34,637 nucleotides of DNA from Nitrospirota bacterium (lineage in GTDB: Bacteria > Nitrospirota > UBA9217): positions 1-34,637 of the forward strand of contig JAOUEV010000036.1 in the NCBI GenBank assembly GCA_029858565.1, written 5' to 3'. The position numbers were made by a program, and so were the translations under genes. Under the pieces are notes generated by a model, which was given only the letters and a program-made list of their open reading frames with translations, was not told where the DNA came from and ran no database searches. Each line of letters starts with the position of its first letter. The stretch's first letter is position 1. Shown in pieces: positions 7,465 through 18,151 of the stretch.

Positions 7465-8067
7465 ATGTCGGAACAGACCACCAAGGACCTGAAGAAGGAC
7501 ATCTATCTCATGCTGCACAAAGCTCTCGAAATGCTTGAGCTGATCGAGGACGGCTTTGTAAAGAACAAGGTGTCCGCGCTTGATCAGGCAGAGGACCTGG
7601 CGAAGGACATTCAGACCCGGGAAGACCATCTCACCGGAGCACTGGCAAAGATCGCGGCATCGAATCCTGAAGCACGGAACATCCTCGCGGTTCCCGCTCA
7701 CATTGAAAAGATCGCCTACAATCTGAGAAGACTGAACGACGGCATCAGGACCAAGAACAAGGAAGCGCTCCTGTTCAGCGACAAGGCCATTCAGGAAACG
7801 GGCTCCCTCTTTACCAAGGCAAAGGATGTTTTAAAAAAGGCCGGAGACGCCACAGTGTCGTCCAATACAGCGCTTGCTGATACCGTTAAGGCCGACGCGG
7901 AAGCGTTGGTGCGCATGGCTGATGGATATGCCACCTCCCACGAGGACCGGCTCGTTGCTGGTGAGTGTTCTCCCAAGGCATCTTCCACCTACCTTTGCAT
8001 CCTTTATTCCTTCGAGGATGTCGTGTCCCACGCCAAAGAGGTGGTAAAGAAACTTACTGCAAAATAA
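7465..8067 (+). CDS. Stand-alone PhoU-domain protein (like the C-terminal domain of Na+/Pi cotransporters)
   Basis: Two helical repeats; HIEKIAY and SHEDRLVAGECSPKASSTYLCILYSFEDVVSHA; AAAGGAG SD. Confidence 0.7.
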   Translation: MSEQTTKDLKKDIYLMLHKALEMLELIEDGFVKNKVSALDQAEDLAKDIQTREDHLTGALAKIAASNPEARNILAVPAHIEKIAYNLRRLNDGIRTKNKEALLFSDKAIQETGSLFTKAKDVLKKAGDATVSSNTALADTVKADAEALVRMADGYATSHEDRLVAGECSPKASSTYLCILYSFEDVVSHAKEVVKKLTAK

Positions 8068-8100
8068 CGATCAGCGGAAACTGCTGACCCCGGTTAAAAT

Positions 8101-8139
8101 AAAAAAGGACCAGTACCCGTTCGGGCTGGTCCTTTTTTT
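8101..8139. terminator. Bidirectional rho-independent terminator
   Basis: A6-GGACCAG..CTGGTCC-T7 between convergent genes. Confidence 0.9.
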
Positions 8140-8157
8140 GTTCCACGAGAGTGTCTC

Positions 8158-9447
8158 TCAGTGCTTGAATACCCGCTGTCCGGTGAACACCATCGTGACC
8201 TTGGGATTCGCCTCATTGCACGCGGTTATCGCATCAAAATCTCGGTCAGACCCTCCAGGCTGCACGATCGCGGAAATGCCTTCCTTGAGCCCGACATCCA
8301 CTCCGTCACGGAAGGGGAAAAAGGCGTCGGACACCATGGTGGAGCCGATCAAGCCTCCCTTGTCCTTTTTCGTCTGGTCATCGATCTCCTGCAGTGCGGC
8401 TTTGTCCCGCTTGCCCTGGGCCGCTTCCAGCTCGTAGGTCTTATAGGGCACACCGAATTTCTTATAACAGAGCGCATCGGCATATTTCGTATACGCCTTG
8501 AATATGGCGATCTCCGCCACGCCTACGCGGTCCTGTTCACCCGTCCCGATCCCGACGGTAACGCCGTCCTTGACATAGATAACGGAATTCGATGTAATGC
8601 CCTGCTCCACATTCCAGCCGAACAGCATATCGTCATATTCCTGTTCCGTGGGCTTCCGTTCGATCTTGTACTCCTGCCCCTTATACGTCGTTTTTGCTTC
8701 CTGGAAATCCTCTTTTTTGCGGATGGCGTTCCTCTGGGACTGCTGTACGATCAGTCCACCGTCGGTGAGCGCCTTGAATTCAACGATGCTCATATCGCGG
8801 TATTTTGCCAGATCAGCGATCTTTTCGAGACGGATGATGCGAAGATTCTTTCGCTTTGAGAGAATGGAGAGAGTTCCTTCTTCATATTCCGGCGCCGCGA
8901 CGACCTCTAAATAGTTCGAATTAGCCAGCTCCGCCGTCCTTTTGTCCATGGCGCGATTCACCACGAGGCAGCCGCCAAAGGCCGCGATACGGTCTGCCAT
9001 GTTCGCCCGGTCATAGGCATCGAACACGGTCTTTCCGTAGGCAGCCCCGCACGGATTATTGTGCTTCAGGATAACCGCTGCCGGTCGATCCATGAGATAT
9101 TTCAGGATGTTCAAACCATTGTCCAGATCGGTGAAATTGGTCTTGCCGGGATGTTTGCCCGCCTGGAGCATCTGCTCTTCAGTAATGGCGCTCACCATGC
9201 CGTTGCCCGGCTCAATGAACCTTACTCCTGCCAGGACCAGGTTGCCGTTCACCAGTTCGTACATGGCAGCCTGCTGGTCCGGGTTCTCGCCGTAACGGAG
9301 TCCTTTTTCAATGATTTCCCCTGCTCCTTCATCGAGTTTCCACGTCCGTTTTCGATACATAAGCTTCTGCTCACCGAAGGAAACGGTCATTTCCGGCGGA
9401 AAGTTGTCCGCCATGATGGTCTTGTACATTTTTTTGATATCGCTCAT
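8158..9447 (-). CDS. purH: PurH-family AICAR transformylase, short form without an evident N-terminal IMP cyclohydrolase domain
   Basis: LRYGENPDQQA, KHNNPCGAA, AFGG, SNSVIYVK, GIGTGEQDRV, SDAFFPFRDG, IVQPGGSDRD, TGQRVFKH; AGGAGG SD before MSDIKK. Confidence 0.88.
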   Translation of the reverse strand: MSDIKKMYKTIMADNFPPEMTVSFGEQKLMYRKRTWKLDEGAGEIIEKGLRYGENPDQQAAMYELVNGNLVLAGVRFIEPGNGMVSAITEEQMLQAGKHPGKTNFTDLDNGLNILKYLMDRPAAVILKHNNPCGAAYGKTVFDAYDRANMADRIAAFGGCLVVNRAMDKRTAELANSNYLEVVAAPEYEEGTLSILSKRKNLRIIRLEKIADLAKYRDMSIVEFKALTDGGLIVQQSQRNAIRKKEDFQEAKTTYKGQEYKIERKPTEQEYDDMLFGWNVEQGITSNSVIYVKDGVTVGIGTGEQDRVGVAEIAIFKAYTKYADALCYKKFGVPYKTYELEAAQGKRDKAALQEIDDQTKKDKGGLIGSTMVSDAFFPFRDGVDVGLKEGISAIVQPGGSDRDFDAITACNEANPKVTMVFTGQRVFKH

Positions 9448-9486
9448 CTCTGTCCTCCTGCGCAAATAACCGCCGGCGCCCGCATT

Positions 9487-10389
9487 TCAAACCTTGTCGA
9501 TGGTCTTCTGGCCAAAGAGGCCCGAAGGCCTCGCGATCAGAGTAATGATGAGGACCAGGAATGCAAAGGCGTCCTTATAGACGCCGGAAATATAGCTGGC
9601 CCCGAAGTTCTCGATCAGACCCAGCAAGACCCCTCCCACCATGGCGCCGGGGATGCTGCCGATGCCTCCCAGGACCGCAGCGGTGAACGCCTTGAGACCC
9701 GCGAGATATCCCATGAAAAAATGAACGACCCCATAATACAACGTCACCAGAACTCCAGCGACAGCGGCAAGGGACGAACCGATCATAAAGGTAACGGAAA
9801 TAACCTGGTTCACGTTGATGCCGACAAGGCCTGCCATGATCCTGTCCTGGGATGTTGCGCGCATCGCCTTCCCCAGTTTCGTCCTGACCACGAAGAGCTG
9901 GAGCCCTCCCATGACCAGCAGGGACACCGCCAGGATGAGGATCTGGAGCGGCGAGACCGTCGCCCCGAAGAGCGCTATCCCGTCCGAAGGTACGACCGGA
10001 GGAAGATTCTTGTACTCCTTGCCTTGTGCAAGCATTACAAAGTTCTGGAGAATGATCGACATGCCTACTGCGCTGATGAGCGGGGCCAGTTTAGCGGCTT
10101 TTCTCAAGGGGCGGTACGCTGTTCGCTCGATCACCGCGCCGTATGCCGCACAGAACCCTGCGGAAAGGATCAGCGTGATGATCAGTTTCGCCGCCATGCC
10201 GATCTCCGGAGCGCCCGGCGAGGTCAGCAGGCCCATCACGATGATGGCCAGATATGCACCCAGCATATATACTTCGCCATGGGCGAAGTTGATAAGCTGC
10301 AGGATGCCGTATACCATCGTATACCCGAGCGCGATCAGCGCGTAGATAGCTCCCAGAGCAAGGCCATTTATCAGCTGCTGAATGAACAT
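9487..10389 (-). CDS. livH: Branched-chain amino acid ABC transporter permease
   Basis: QQLINGLALGAIYALIALGYTMVYGILQLINFAHGE; GLKAFTAAVLGGIGS. Confidence 0.95.
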   Translation of the reverse strand: MFIQQLINGLALGAIYALIALGYTMVYGILQLINFAHGEVYMLGAYLAIIVMGLLTSPGAPEIGMAAKLIITLILSAGFCAAYGAVIERTAYRPLRKAAKLAPLISAVGMSIILQNFVMLAQGKEYKNLPPVVPSDGIALFGATVSPLQILILAVSLLVMGGLQLFVVRTKLGKAMRATSQDRIMAGLVGINVNQVISVTFMIGSSLAAVAGVLVTLYYGVVHFFMGYLAGLKAFTAAVLGGIGSIPGAMVGGVLLGLIENFGASYISGVYKDAFAFLVLIITLIARPSGLFGQKTIDKV

Positions 10390-10404
10390 GTGCTTGCCGG
10401 CGGA

Positions 10405-11514
10405 CTACTGTACCTCGATGAACTTTCCATCCTTGACCTTCCAGACAACGTAGGGCGCTTTGTTCACATCGCCGTTCTTGTCAAAGGATATGTCGCCGAA
10501 GGCTCCCCGGAACGACGTTTTGGAAATATATTCCGCGACCTTGGTCCCATCGGTCGTGCCGGCCTGCTGGATCGCCGTCAAGATGATGTTCGCTGCATCA
10601 TAGGCATAAATGGAATAGGGGCCTGCTTCACCATACTTGGCAGCATACTTCCCGAGGAACGCTTTTGCCGTCGACAGGCCGCCCGGGTCCTTGCCGAAGG
10701 TGACCAGTGTTCCTTCAGCCGCAGCTCCCGCGATCTTGATGAACGTCGGGTCGTACACGCCGTCGCCGGTGATCATGGGGGCTGTCAGTCCGATCTCCCG
10801 GGCCTGACGCACAAGCCGTCCTGCCTCGGGATAGATGCCTCCGAAGAAGTAGACCTCAGGCCGCTTTTCCTTGATCGCGGTCAGCACACCCTTATAATCT
10901 GGATCGCGCTGGACGATACCGTCGTAGAAAACTATTTCAATGCCGGGGCCAAGGGACTTCTTGAAAAAATCTGCCAGCCCCTGTCCATATGCGGTCTTAT
11001 CATGTATCACGGCAACGCGCTTCGGCCTCATTTTTTTAACGACAAAATCTGCGGCGATCTTCCCCTGCTGGTCATCTGTGCCGCAGACGCGAAATACCGA
11101 CTTGAATCCCTGCTGGGTGAACCGGGGATTCGTGGTAGCCGGAGAGATCATGACCACATTGGCATTGACGTAATATTCCGAAGCCGGTATCGAACAGCTT
11201 GAGTTCCAGTGTCCGACCACTGCCGCGACTTTCTGGTTGATGAACTTGTTGGCAACAGAAACCGCTTGTTTCGGATCGGCCTGGTCGTCACCGGCCAGCA
11301 GTTCGATCTTTTTCCCCAGGACCCCGCCTTTTTCGTTCCACTCGGCAACCGCCAGTTCCGCCGCGTTCCTGAGGTCGATCCCCATCTTGCTCTGGTCACC
11401 CGTCATTGGACCAGCAGCGCCGATCCTGATAACGTTCTGCTGCTGCGAAGTGCATCCCGCCGCCGCGAGACCGAACATTGCAAACAATATGAGCCGATAG
11501 TAGAAGCGGTTCAT
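10405..11514 (-). CDS. livK: Branched-chain amino acid ABC transporter substrate-binding lipoprotein (LivJ/LivK)
   Basis: Lipobox AAAGC; IGAAGPMTG, DDQADPKQAV, GHWNSSCSIPAS, HDKTAYGQGLA. Confidence 0.92.
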   Translation of the reverse strand: MNRFYYRLILFAMFGLAAAGCTSQQQNVIRIGAAGPMTGDQSKMGIDLRNAAELAVAEWNEKGGVLGKKIELLAGDDQADPKQAVSVANKFINQKVAAVVGHWNSSCSIPASEYYVNANVVMISPATTNPRFTQQGFKSVFRVCGTDDQQGKIAADFVVKKMRPKRVAVIHDKTAYGQGLADFFKKSLGPGIEIVFYDGIVQRDPDYKGVLTAIKEKRPEVYFFGGIYPEAGRLVRQAREIGLTAPMITGDGVYDPTFIKIAGAAAEGTLVTFGKDPGGLSTAKAFLGKYAAKYGEAGPYSIYAYDAANIILTAIQQAGTTDGTKVAEYISKTSFRGAFGDISFDKNGDVNKAPYVVWKVKDGKFIEVQ

Positions 11515-12176
11515 TTCCTTATCCCCCTTTGATGTGATCTCGTGCCAAGAACCGGAAGAATGCTGTCCTGCAGGACGCCTATTGCTGCCTTTGGATCGGG
11601 AGCGCTCAGCACCGCGCTGATGACCGCGACACTTTCCGCTCCTGCTTCAATGACATCTTTCGCAGTGACCGAGGATATGCCTCCGATGGCGATTATCGGC
11701 AGGGAAACTGCTCTTCGAATGTCCCTGAGACGTTCAATGCCCTGGACCGGACCTGCGTCCTTTGTCCGGGTCGGGAAAAGCGGCCCGAAACCAATATAGT
11801 CCGCACCGCCTGCCTCAGCCGCCTCAGCCTGGGAACGCGAATGGGTGGAAATGCCGATAATGCGGTCAGGGCCGAGCACTCGCCGCGCGTCCTGAAGCGG
11901 CAGATCATCCTGTCCCAGATGGACTCCGTCCGCGCCGACCGCACAGGCAATATCTGCATGGTCATTGAGGATGATGATCCCGCCTCCCCGTTTCACCGCC
12001 TCGACAATGGACCGCGCCGTACGAACAATGGATCGCCGCGTACCTGTCTTGTTTCGGTATTGGAACAAGCCGACCCCGGACGCAAGCGCTGCTGCTATGA
12101 TCCAGTCGGCTCGGCCAAGGAGAAGTTCCTCATCGAGGATCAGGCACAGACCGCGGATATTATTTTGCCGGATTAT
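11511..12176 (-). CDS. thiE: Thiamine-phosphate synthase (start uncertain, probably non-canonical)
   Basis: [48 protein letters not shown]. The frame stays open and ThiE-like (RGLCLILDE) upstream of the TTG at 12068. Confidence 0.85.
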   Translation of the reverse strand: MIRQNNIRGLCLILDEELLLGRADWIIAAALASGVGLFQYRNKTGTRRSIVRTARSIVEAVKRGGGIIILNDHADIACAVGADGVHLGQDDLPLQDARRVLGPDRIIGISTHSRSQAEAAEAGGADYIGFGPLFPTRTKDAGPVQGIERLRDIRRAVSLPIIAIGGISSVTAKDVIEAGAESVAVISAVLSAPDPKAAIGVLQDSILPVLGTRSHQRGIRK

Positions 12177-13512
12177 TGTACCGCTCCATGAACTTCGTCG
12201 AGATATCGCCGCTCAGGAAATCATCTTCGGCCAGTATCTTCTTGTGCATGGGGATCGTTGTCTTTACGCCCTCGATGATAAATTCATCAAGCGCCCGCTT
12301 CATGCGCATGATGGCCGCATCACGGGTCTCCGCATAGACAATGAGCTTCGCGATCATGGAGTCGTAAAAAGGCGGGATGACATATTGGGTATAAGCCGCG
12401 GTATCGACGCGGACACCGGGACCACCGGGAGGGTTGAACGCGGTAATGGTTCCAGGCGATGGGGTGAACTTCTCAGGGCACTCGGCATTAATGCGGCATT
12501 CTATGGCATGGCCCTTGATTCGAACCTGTTCCTGGGTGAAGGACAGCCGCTCTCCCGAGGCCACTCGTATCTGCTCCTTGACCAGGTCGATTCCCGTGAC
12601 CAGTTCGGTCACCGGATGCTCTACCTGGATGCGGGTGTTCATCTCCATGAAATAGAAGTTCCGATTCTCGTCCATGAGGAACTCGATGGTGCCGGCGTTC
12701 CGGTATTTCACCGTCTTCGCAAGCGCCACGGCCATGTCGCCCATGCGCTTCCGGAGCACCTCATCGACCGTCGGCGAAGGAGCCTCCTCGATGAGCTTCT
12801 GGTGGCGACGCTGAATGGAGCATTCGCGCTCTCCGAGCGATACAACATTGCCCTTCTCATCGGCCATGATCTGCACTTCAATGTGACGGGGCTGGGTGAT
12901 GTATTTTTCGATATACACATCTGCATTACCAAAGGCTGCAAGCGCTTCGGATTGCGCCATCATGAAAGCCGATGCGAACTCCGATTCGTCCATCACCACG
13001 CGCATGCCCTTACCGCCGCCGCCTGCGACCGCCTTGATGATGACCGGGAACCCCAGGTCGCGTGCAAGCGCGATGGCATCGGACTCTTCAGTCATGACAC
13101 CTTCGCTGCCGGGCAGGATCGGCACCCCGGCCTTCTGAGCGGTCTCCCGGGCGCGGGCTTTGTCGCCCATCATTTTGATGCTGTCCGCGCTGGGTCCGAT
13201 GAACTTTATTCCTGCGGATCCGCATACCTCGGCAAAGCTCGGGTTCTCGGCAAGAAAGCCATACCCCGGGTGGATCGCTTCAGCATCAGTGATCTCCGCA
13301 GCGCTGATGATGCTGGGAACATGCAGATAGCTGTCCGCGCTCTTGGGTGGCCCGATACAGACGCTTTGATCGGCAAAACGAACATGCAGCGAGTTCGCAT
13401 CAGCGGTCGAATGGACCGCGACCGTCTTGATCCCAAGCTCCTTGCAGGCCCGAATGATCCGAAGTGCGATCTCGCCTCGGTTTGCTATCAAAATCTTCTT
13501 GAACACAGACAC
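12160..13512 (-). CDS. accC: Acetyl-CoA carboxylase biotin carboxylase subunit
   Basis: [58 protein letters not shown] start at 13512 or 13506. Confidence 0.97.
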   Translation of the reverse strand: MSVFKKILIANRGEIALRIIRACKELGIKTVAVHSTADANSLHVRFADQSVCIGPPKSADSYLHVPSIISAAEITDAEAIHPGYGFLAENPSFAEVCGSAGIKFIGPSADSIKMMGDKARARETAQKAGVPILPGSEGVMTEESDAIALARDLGFPVIIKAVAGGGGKGMRVVMDESEFASAFMMAQSEALAAFGNADVYIEKYITQPRHIEVQIMADEKGNVVSLGERECSIQRRHQKLIEEAPSPTVDEVLRKRMGDMAVALAKTVKYRNAGTIEFLMDENRNFYFMEMNTRIQVEHPVTELVTGIDLVKEQIRVASGERLSFTQEQVRIKGHAIECRINAECPEKFTPSPGTITAFNPPGGPGVRVDTAAYTQYVIPPFYDSMIAKLIVYAETRDAAIMRMKRALDEFIIEGVKTTIPMHKKILAEDDFLSGDISTKFMERYNNPAK

Positions 13513-13556
13513 CTCGAAGGGACTTGTAAGATTCCCCGGTGACCGGGGCGCTTCAA

Positions 13557-14033
<477 letters not shown>

Positions 14034-14070
14034 GCTGGCTCCTTTGGATCGCGACAGCGATCCTGGATAA

Positions 14071-14640
14071 TTACCCCTGCTTGACCCGCTCGATGAACGT
14101 TCCGGTCCGGGTGTCTACCTTTACAAGATCGCCTTCGTTGAGATAAAAAGGCACTTTGATCACAGCGCCGGTCTCAAGGGTCGCCGGTTTTGATCCGCCC
14201 GACGCGGTGTCGCCGCGTATCCCCGGATCCGTCTGCGCGATGACCAGCTCAACGAACATGGGGATATCGATATTGATCGGCTGCCCCTTGTAATAGAGGA
14301 CCTTGATCTCCATGTTCTCCTTGAGATAACTGATATTCTCGCCCAATTGCTTTTCATTGAGCGAAACCTGCTCGTACGAGGCGGTATCCATGAAAACCCG
14401 GTCCTTGTCCGCGGCATAGAGATACTGCATCGTCTTCTCCTCAAGTTCGGGAGTGTCCAGTTTTTCACCGGACCGGAACGTCCTATCGATGACGTTCCCG
14501 GAGCGAAGGCTCTTCATCTTCGTCCGGACAAAGGCACCACCCTTACCCGGCTTCACATGCTGAAACTCCACGATCACGTAGGGTTCCTTGTCCAACTCGA
14601 TCTTCAATCCGTTCCTGAATTCAGTTGTTGATACCGGCAA
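14071..14640 (-). CDS. efp: Elongation factor P (Lys-type KPGKG loop)
   Basis: [28 protein letters not shown]; TTG start with GAGGAGG SD. Confidence 0.97.
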   Translation of the reverse strand: MPVSTTEFRNGLKIELDKEPYVIVEFQHVKPGKGGAFVRTKMKSLRSGNVIDRTFRSGEKLDTPELEEKTMQYLYAADKDRVFMDTASYEQVSLNEKQLGENISYLKENMEIKVLYYKGQPINIDIPMFVELVIAQTDPGIRGDTASGGSKPATLETGAVIKVPFYLNEGDLVKVDTRTGTFIERVKQG

Positions 14641-14698
14641 TTCCCTGTTCCTCCTCTATAATCGTCTAACGCAAAGCGTCGATTGTCGTCTGCTATGC

Positions 14699-15775
14699 TT
14701 ATAATTCCAGATCCCTCGGCAAACTGGTAAGGACCCGCGATCCTTCCGGAGTGACGAGAACCATGTCCTCGATCCTCACCCCGCCCCAGCCTGGCACATA
14801 TATTCCCGGTTCGATGGTGAACACCATGGCGGCTTCAACTTTTGACTTTGCCAGAGCTGACAGGGACGGTCCCTCATGAACCATCAGACCTATCCCGTGG
14901 CCGGTCGCGTGTCCGAAATGACGGCCATGGCCTGCCGCAGCGATCACATTCCTGGCCGCGGCATCGATATCCCGGCACAGCGCACCGGACTTCACTTTTT
15001 CCACAGCTTCCTGCTGTGCTTTCAGCACCAGCGCATGAATCTCCCGCTGTCGTGCCGATGGTCTACCCACACTATGGGTCCGTGTAATATCACAATAATA
15101 TCCGTCCGCCTCTGCACCAAAGTCGATGGTGACCATGTCACCTGATCGGAGTTTTCTGTTCGATACCGACGCATGCGGCATCGCTCCATTCGGTCCCGAG
15201 GCCACGATTGTATCAAAGGCCTCTTTTCGAGCACCTTTCGACCGCATCAGCCATTCGAGCTTAAGCCCCAGTTCCCGTTCCGTGATCCCCGGACGGATGA
15301 ATCGCTTGAGCTCTTCAAAAGATTCCTCGGCGCGACCAACGGCTTTTCGGATCTTTGCAAGTTCGAAAGGATCTTTCCGCGTCCGGAGTTCAGCAACAGG
15401 GTCTTTTGACGGTCGAAGGCGAAGCCCTTTTTTTCGCAGTGCGCGGATCCGGTCGAGGGTCATGTTCGACTCGTCGATCCAGAGTGTATTGATCCCGAGA
15501 TCATCCGCCGCATCACCGATCGTGCTGTAGAGGTCCTTTTTCTGGATCTGGATCCTGACTCCGGCGGCCTCGACCCTTGCTTGGAGTTTATAGCGGAAAT
15601 CCGTGATCAGCAGTGGGATTCCTGCAGAAACAAGCAGGCATCCGGACGAGCCGGAGAACCCGGTGAGATACCGCAAATTCTCCCGTTGGGTCACGAGCAT
15701 CGCGTCGATATTCCGCTTGCTCATAAGCATGCGCAGTCGCCGGACCCGTGCCGGTTCCGCTCGTTGTCGGATCAT
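14699..15775 (-). CDS. Xaa-Pro aminopeptidase (M24B)
   Basis: [50 protein letters not shown]. Confidence 0.93.
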   Translation of the reverse strand: MIRQRAEPARVRRLRMLMSKRNIDAMLVTQRENLRYLTGFSGSSGCLLVSAGIPLLITDFRYKLQARVEAAGVRIQIQKKDLYSTIGDAADDLGINTLWIDESNMTLDRIRALRKKGLRLRPSKDPVAELRTRKDPFELAKIRKAVGRAEESFEELKRFIRPGITERELGLKLEWLMRSKGARKEAFDTIVASGPNGAMPHASVSNRKLRSGDMVTIDFGAEADGYYCDITRTHSVGRPSARQREIHALVLKAQQEAVEKVKSGALCRDIDAAARNVIAAAGHGRHFGHATGHGIGLMVHEGPSLSALAKSKVEAAMVFTIEPGIYVPGWGGVRIEDMVLVTPEGSRVLTSLPRDLEL

Positions 15776-16218
15776 CGTTTTTCTGAATTATTCACAACCT
15801 GCACCGCTGCACGCAAACCGAGCAGATAGCTCTCGGCGCCAAAACCGGCTATCTGGCCTGCGGCTACACCGGAAATATACGAATGCTGCCGGAACTCCTC
15901 GCGCCGGTAGATGTTCGACAGATGGACCTCGACAGTGGGAATCCCGGTTGACGCGATCGCATCCCGAAGTGCTATGCTCGTGTGGGTATAGGCGCCTGGA
16001 TTGATCACCAGGGCATTGAAGACACCCATGGCATCCTGTATCCTCTGTACCAATTCGCCTTCATAGTTGGACTGAAAACATACCGCCTCAATGCCCATCT
16101 CCGACGCAAGATCGCTGATCCGAGCATTGATCTCCTCAAGCGAGGTGGTGCCGTAGATTCCCGGTTCACGTTTCCCCAGAAGGTTGAGATTGGGTCCATG
16201 TAATATCAGGATTTTCAT
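15772..16218 (-). CDS. aroQ: Type II 3-dehydroquinate dehydratase
   Basis: [41 protein letters not shown]; start trimmed to MKILIL. Confidence 0.96.
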   Translation of the reverse strand: MKILILHGPNLNLLGKREPGIYGTTSLEEINARISDLASEMGIEAVCFQSNYEGELVQRIQDAMGVFNALVINPGAYTHTSIALRDAIASTGIPTVEVHLSNIYRREEFRQHSYISGVAAGQIAGFGAESYLLGLRAAVQVVNNSEKR

Positions 16219-16293
16219 ATAAATGATTCCACCGATAAAAGAAAAAACTGCCCAGGGCAGTTTTGACACGTGAGCATCGATATCGTTATTCTG

Positions 16294-16650
16294 TCAGAAC
16301 TCCTTGAGCAGTTTCGGAACGGACATGCGCAGCAGAAACCGCCCTTTACCGAAATTCCCGTCCGGCTTGATGATCAGGACCATGAAATACTCGTCGTTCA
16401 GCCGTCGAAGCATGATCATCGCCTTTTCAGCAATAACGGTTACTTCCTTTGTGGATCCAAGCTGGGCCGACTGCGATCCTTTTTCGATCTCCTTCAGAAG
16501 CGTTGAATATTCGACGGTCATGGACTGAAGATCGATATCCGTGGTCACCGCAAACTCTTCAACAGGGATCCCGTCAACGCCGACGACCAGAGCGCCAAGC
16601 GCACCCTCAGTGCCATGTACAACGTCTCTCAGGATGTCGGCAAATGACAT
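16294..16650 (-). CDS. Roadblock/LC7 domain protein (MglB/MglC-like)
   Basis: GALGALVVGVDGIPVE..GNFGKGRFLLR pattern; 118 aa; TAATG overlap with the upstream TPR gene. Confidence 0.85.
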   Translation of the reverse strand: MSFADILRDVVHGTEGALGALVVGVDGIPVEEFAVTTDIDLQSMTVEYSTLLKEIEKGSQSAQLGSTKEVTVIAEKAMIMLRRLNDEYFMVLIIKPDGNFGKGRFLLRMSVPKLLKEF

Positions 16651-18086
16651 TACTGGGGTTTCTCCTTAACAACGTTCTTTAGCCATGATTCCAACCGGTC
16701 GATGGTTTCCTTGCGTCGGGCCGTCGCAGTAGAGCCGGACGGTTTGACCATTTCAGCGCCTTTTCCCGGATCGGGGCGCATAGCCGGGTCAGACAGGGAC
16801 CGGCCGGTCTGCTGTTCATCCCGCGGCGCCGTCATTGCATCTGCTGCCTGCGGTGCCGCTTTTCCCAAAGGGATCGGCTGTGAGGCCGCCGGTTTTACTT
16901 CCTGCTGTACCGGTCTCCTGACGATCGGCTCCGCAGATTCCCTGACCGCCGGCGCTGGTACTTCGGTACGCGCCGGAGGCACGGGAAAGGACTCCGCACC
17001 CTGGATGCCTGCCATCGCATGCAGTTTCAGCAGTTTTTGCTGAAGCACTTTGTTTTCTGGCCGGTCGGCCAGCATTCGCTGATAGATCTCTATGGCCTTA
17101 TCGTAAAAACCCTGGGATATATAAAGCTCGGCCAGAGTATCGGTATTTATATCATCTGCTGCTCCGGCAGCAGGCGGGAGTGCTTCAGTCGGCGACCAGG
17201 CTTCGCCAGCATCATGGTCCGCTTCCGGTTGTGATTCCAGAAAGGCCTCGCCCAGGTCGAATGCAATACTCCCCGGTTCATCCACGGATTTCGGTTTTAT
17301 CGGCGGAAGCGTTTCAGCAGCCGGGACTGTCGGCGACTTCGCCGTCACCTTTTTCGATACCGGCTGCTCCAGGATATCAGCCTCTAAAACCTCTTCTACG
17401 ATCTCCTCGGCTTCGACCTCAAGAACATCAGGCGTCTCGTTCGGCTGAAGTTCAGGTGTAGCATCAACTGTCTGAGCGACTGGAGCAGCTGCCGATGCCG
17501 CGGGAGACGCCTTGGGAACAGGGGCTCTCTCTTGTTCCTTGACAGGGACCGGAGCTGCGGAAACTGCTTTTTGAGTCGGTGACGAAGGCGCCGGGGGAAT
17601 AGCTGCTGCTATGTCCGGCGATCTGGTCTCTTCCGGAGGCTTTTGCCCCTTGGGCTTAGGTATCCTGTCTGAGATATCTTTTCCGGCCTCAAGGTCTGCT
17701 ACGATAGCCGCAAGCTCTTTATCCACAGGATTCAAAGCCTTGGCTATTTTATATCGTTCTAGAGCCTCGCTGTTCTTTCCCAGCAAAACGAACAGATCAC
17801 CGAGTTTCCGCTGGGCAAGGAGATTGTCCGGTATGGTTTTGACGACTTCCTCGAGCTCCTTTTGCGCTCCTGCCAGATCGCCCTGTTCCAAAAGGAGCCT
17901 GCCGAGGAACGAGCGCGCTGTTGCGTATCCGGGATTGTTCTTGAGCCCTTCGGAAAGGACAACAATGGCCATGTCGATCTGGCCGACCTTCTTGTACTCC
18001 TCCGCCAGCGGAACAAACAGCTTCGACTTCGGGTCCTTGGCGATCCGCTCGGATAGTTTGGCTATTTCTGAGGTATCTTTTTCCAT
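16650..18086 (-). CDS. TPR protein with long Pro/Ala/Glu-rich linkers
   Basis: N-terminal TPRs (DPKSKLFVPLAEEY..), an isolated TPR (TDTLAELYISQGFYDKAIEIY) and an amphipathic C-terminal helix (IDRLESWLKNV). Confidence 0.85.
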   Translation of the reverse strand: MEKDTSEIAKLSERIAKDPKSKLFVPLAEEYKKVGQIDMAIVVLSEGLKNNPGYATARSFLGRLLLEQGDLAGAQKELEEVVKTIPDNLLAQRKLGDLFVLLGKNSEALERYKIAKALNPVDKELAAIVADLEAGKDISDRIPKPKGQKPPEETRSPDIAAAIPPAPSSPTQKAVSAAPVPVKEQERAPVPKASPAASAAAPVAQTVDATPELQPNETPDVLEVEAEEIVEEVLEADILEQPVSKKVTAKSPTVPAAETLPPIKPKSVDEPGSIAFDLGEAFLESQPEADHDAGEAWSPTEALPPAAGAADDINTDTLAELYISQGFYDKAIEIYQRMLADRPENKVLQQKLLKLHAMAGIQGAESFPVPPARTEVPAPAVRESAEPIVRRPVQQEVKPAASQPIPLGKAAPQAADAMTAPRDEQQTGRSLSDPAMRPDPGKGAEMVKPSGSTATARRKETIDRLESWLKNVVKEKPQ

Positions 18087-18120
18087 GAAATCGGGCAGCT
18101 ACTGTGCCTCGGATTGCGAA

Positions 18121-18150
18121 ATTCTACCAGAAACCCGTTTCGAAAGTCAA
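18121..18150 (-). promoter_or_regulatory. Putative sigma70 promoter for the TPR-roadblock-aroQ operon
   Basis: TTGACT-N18-TAGAAT with TG extension. Confidence 0.55.
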
Positions 18151-18151
18151 G

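Noticed and set aside
9061-11202. 713-aa plus-strand ORF
   Set aside because: Antisense to purH/livH/livK with no recognisable motif; an expected shadow of GC-rich codon bias
11965-13542. 525-aa plus-strand ORF
   Set aside because: Antisense shadow of accC
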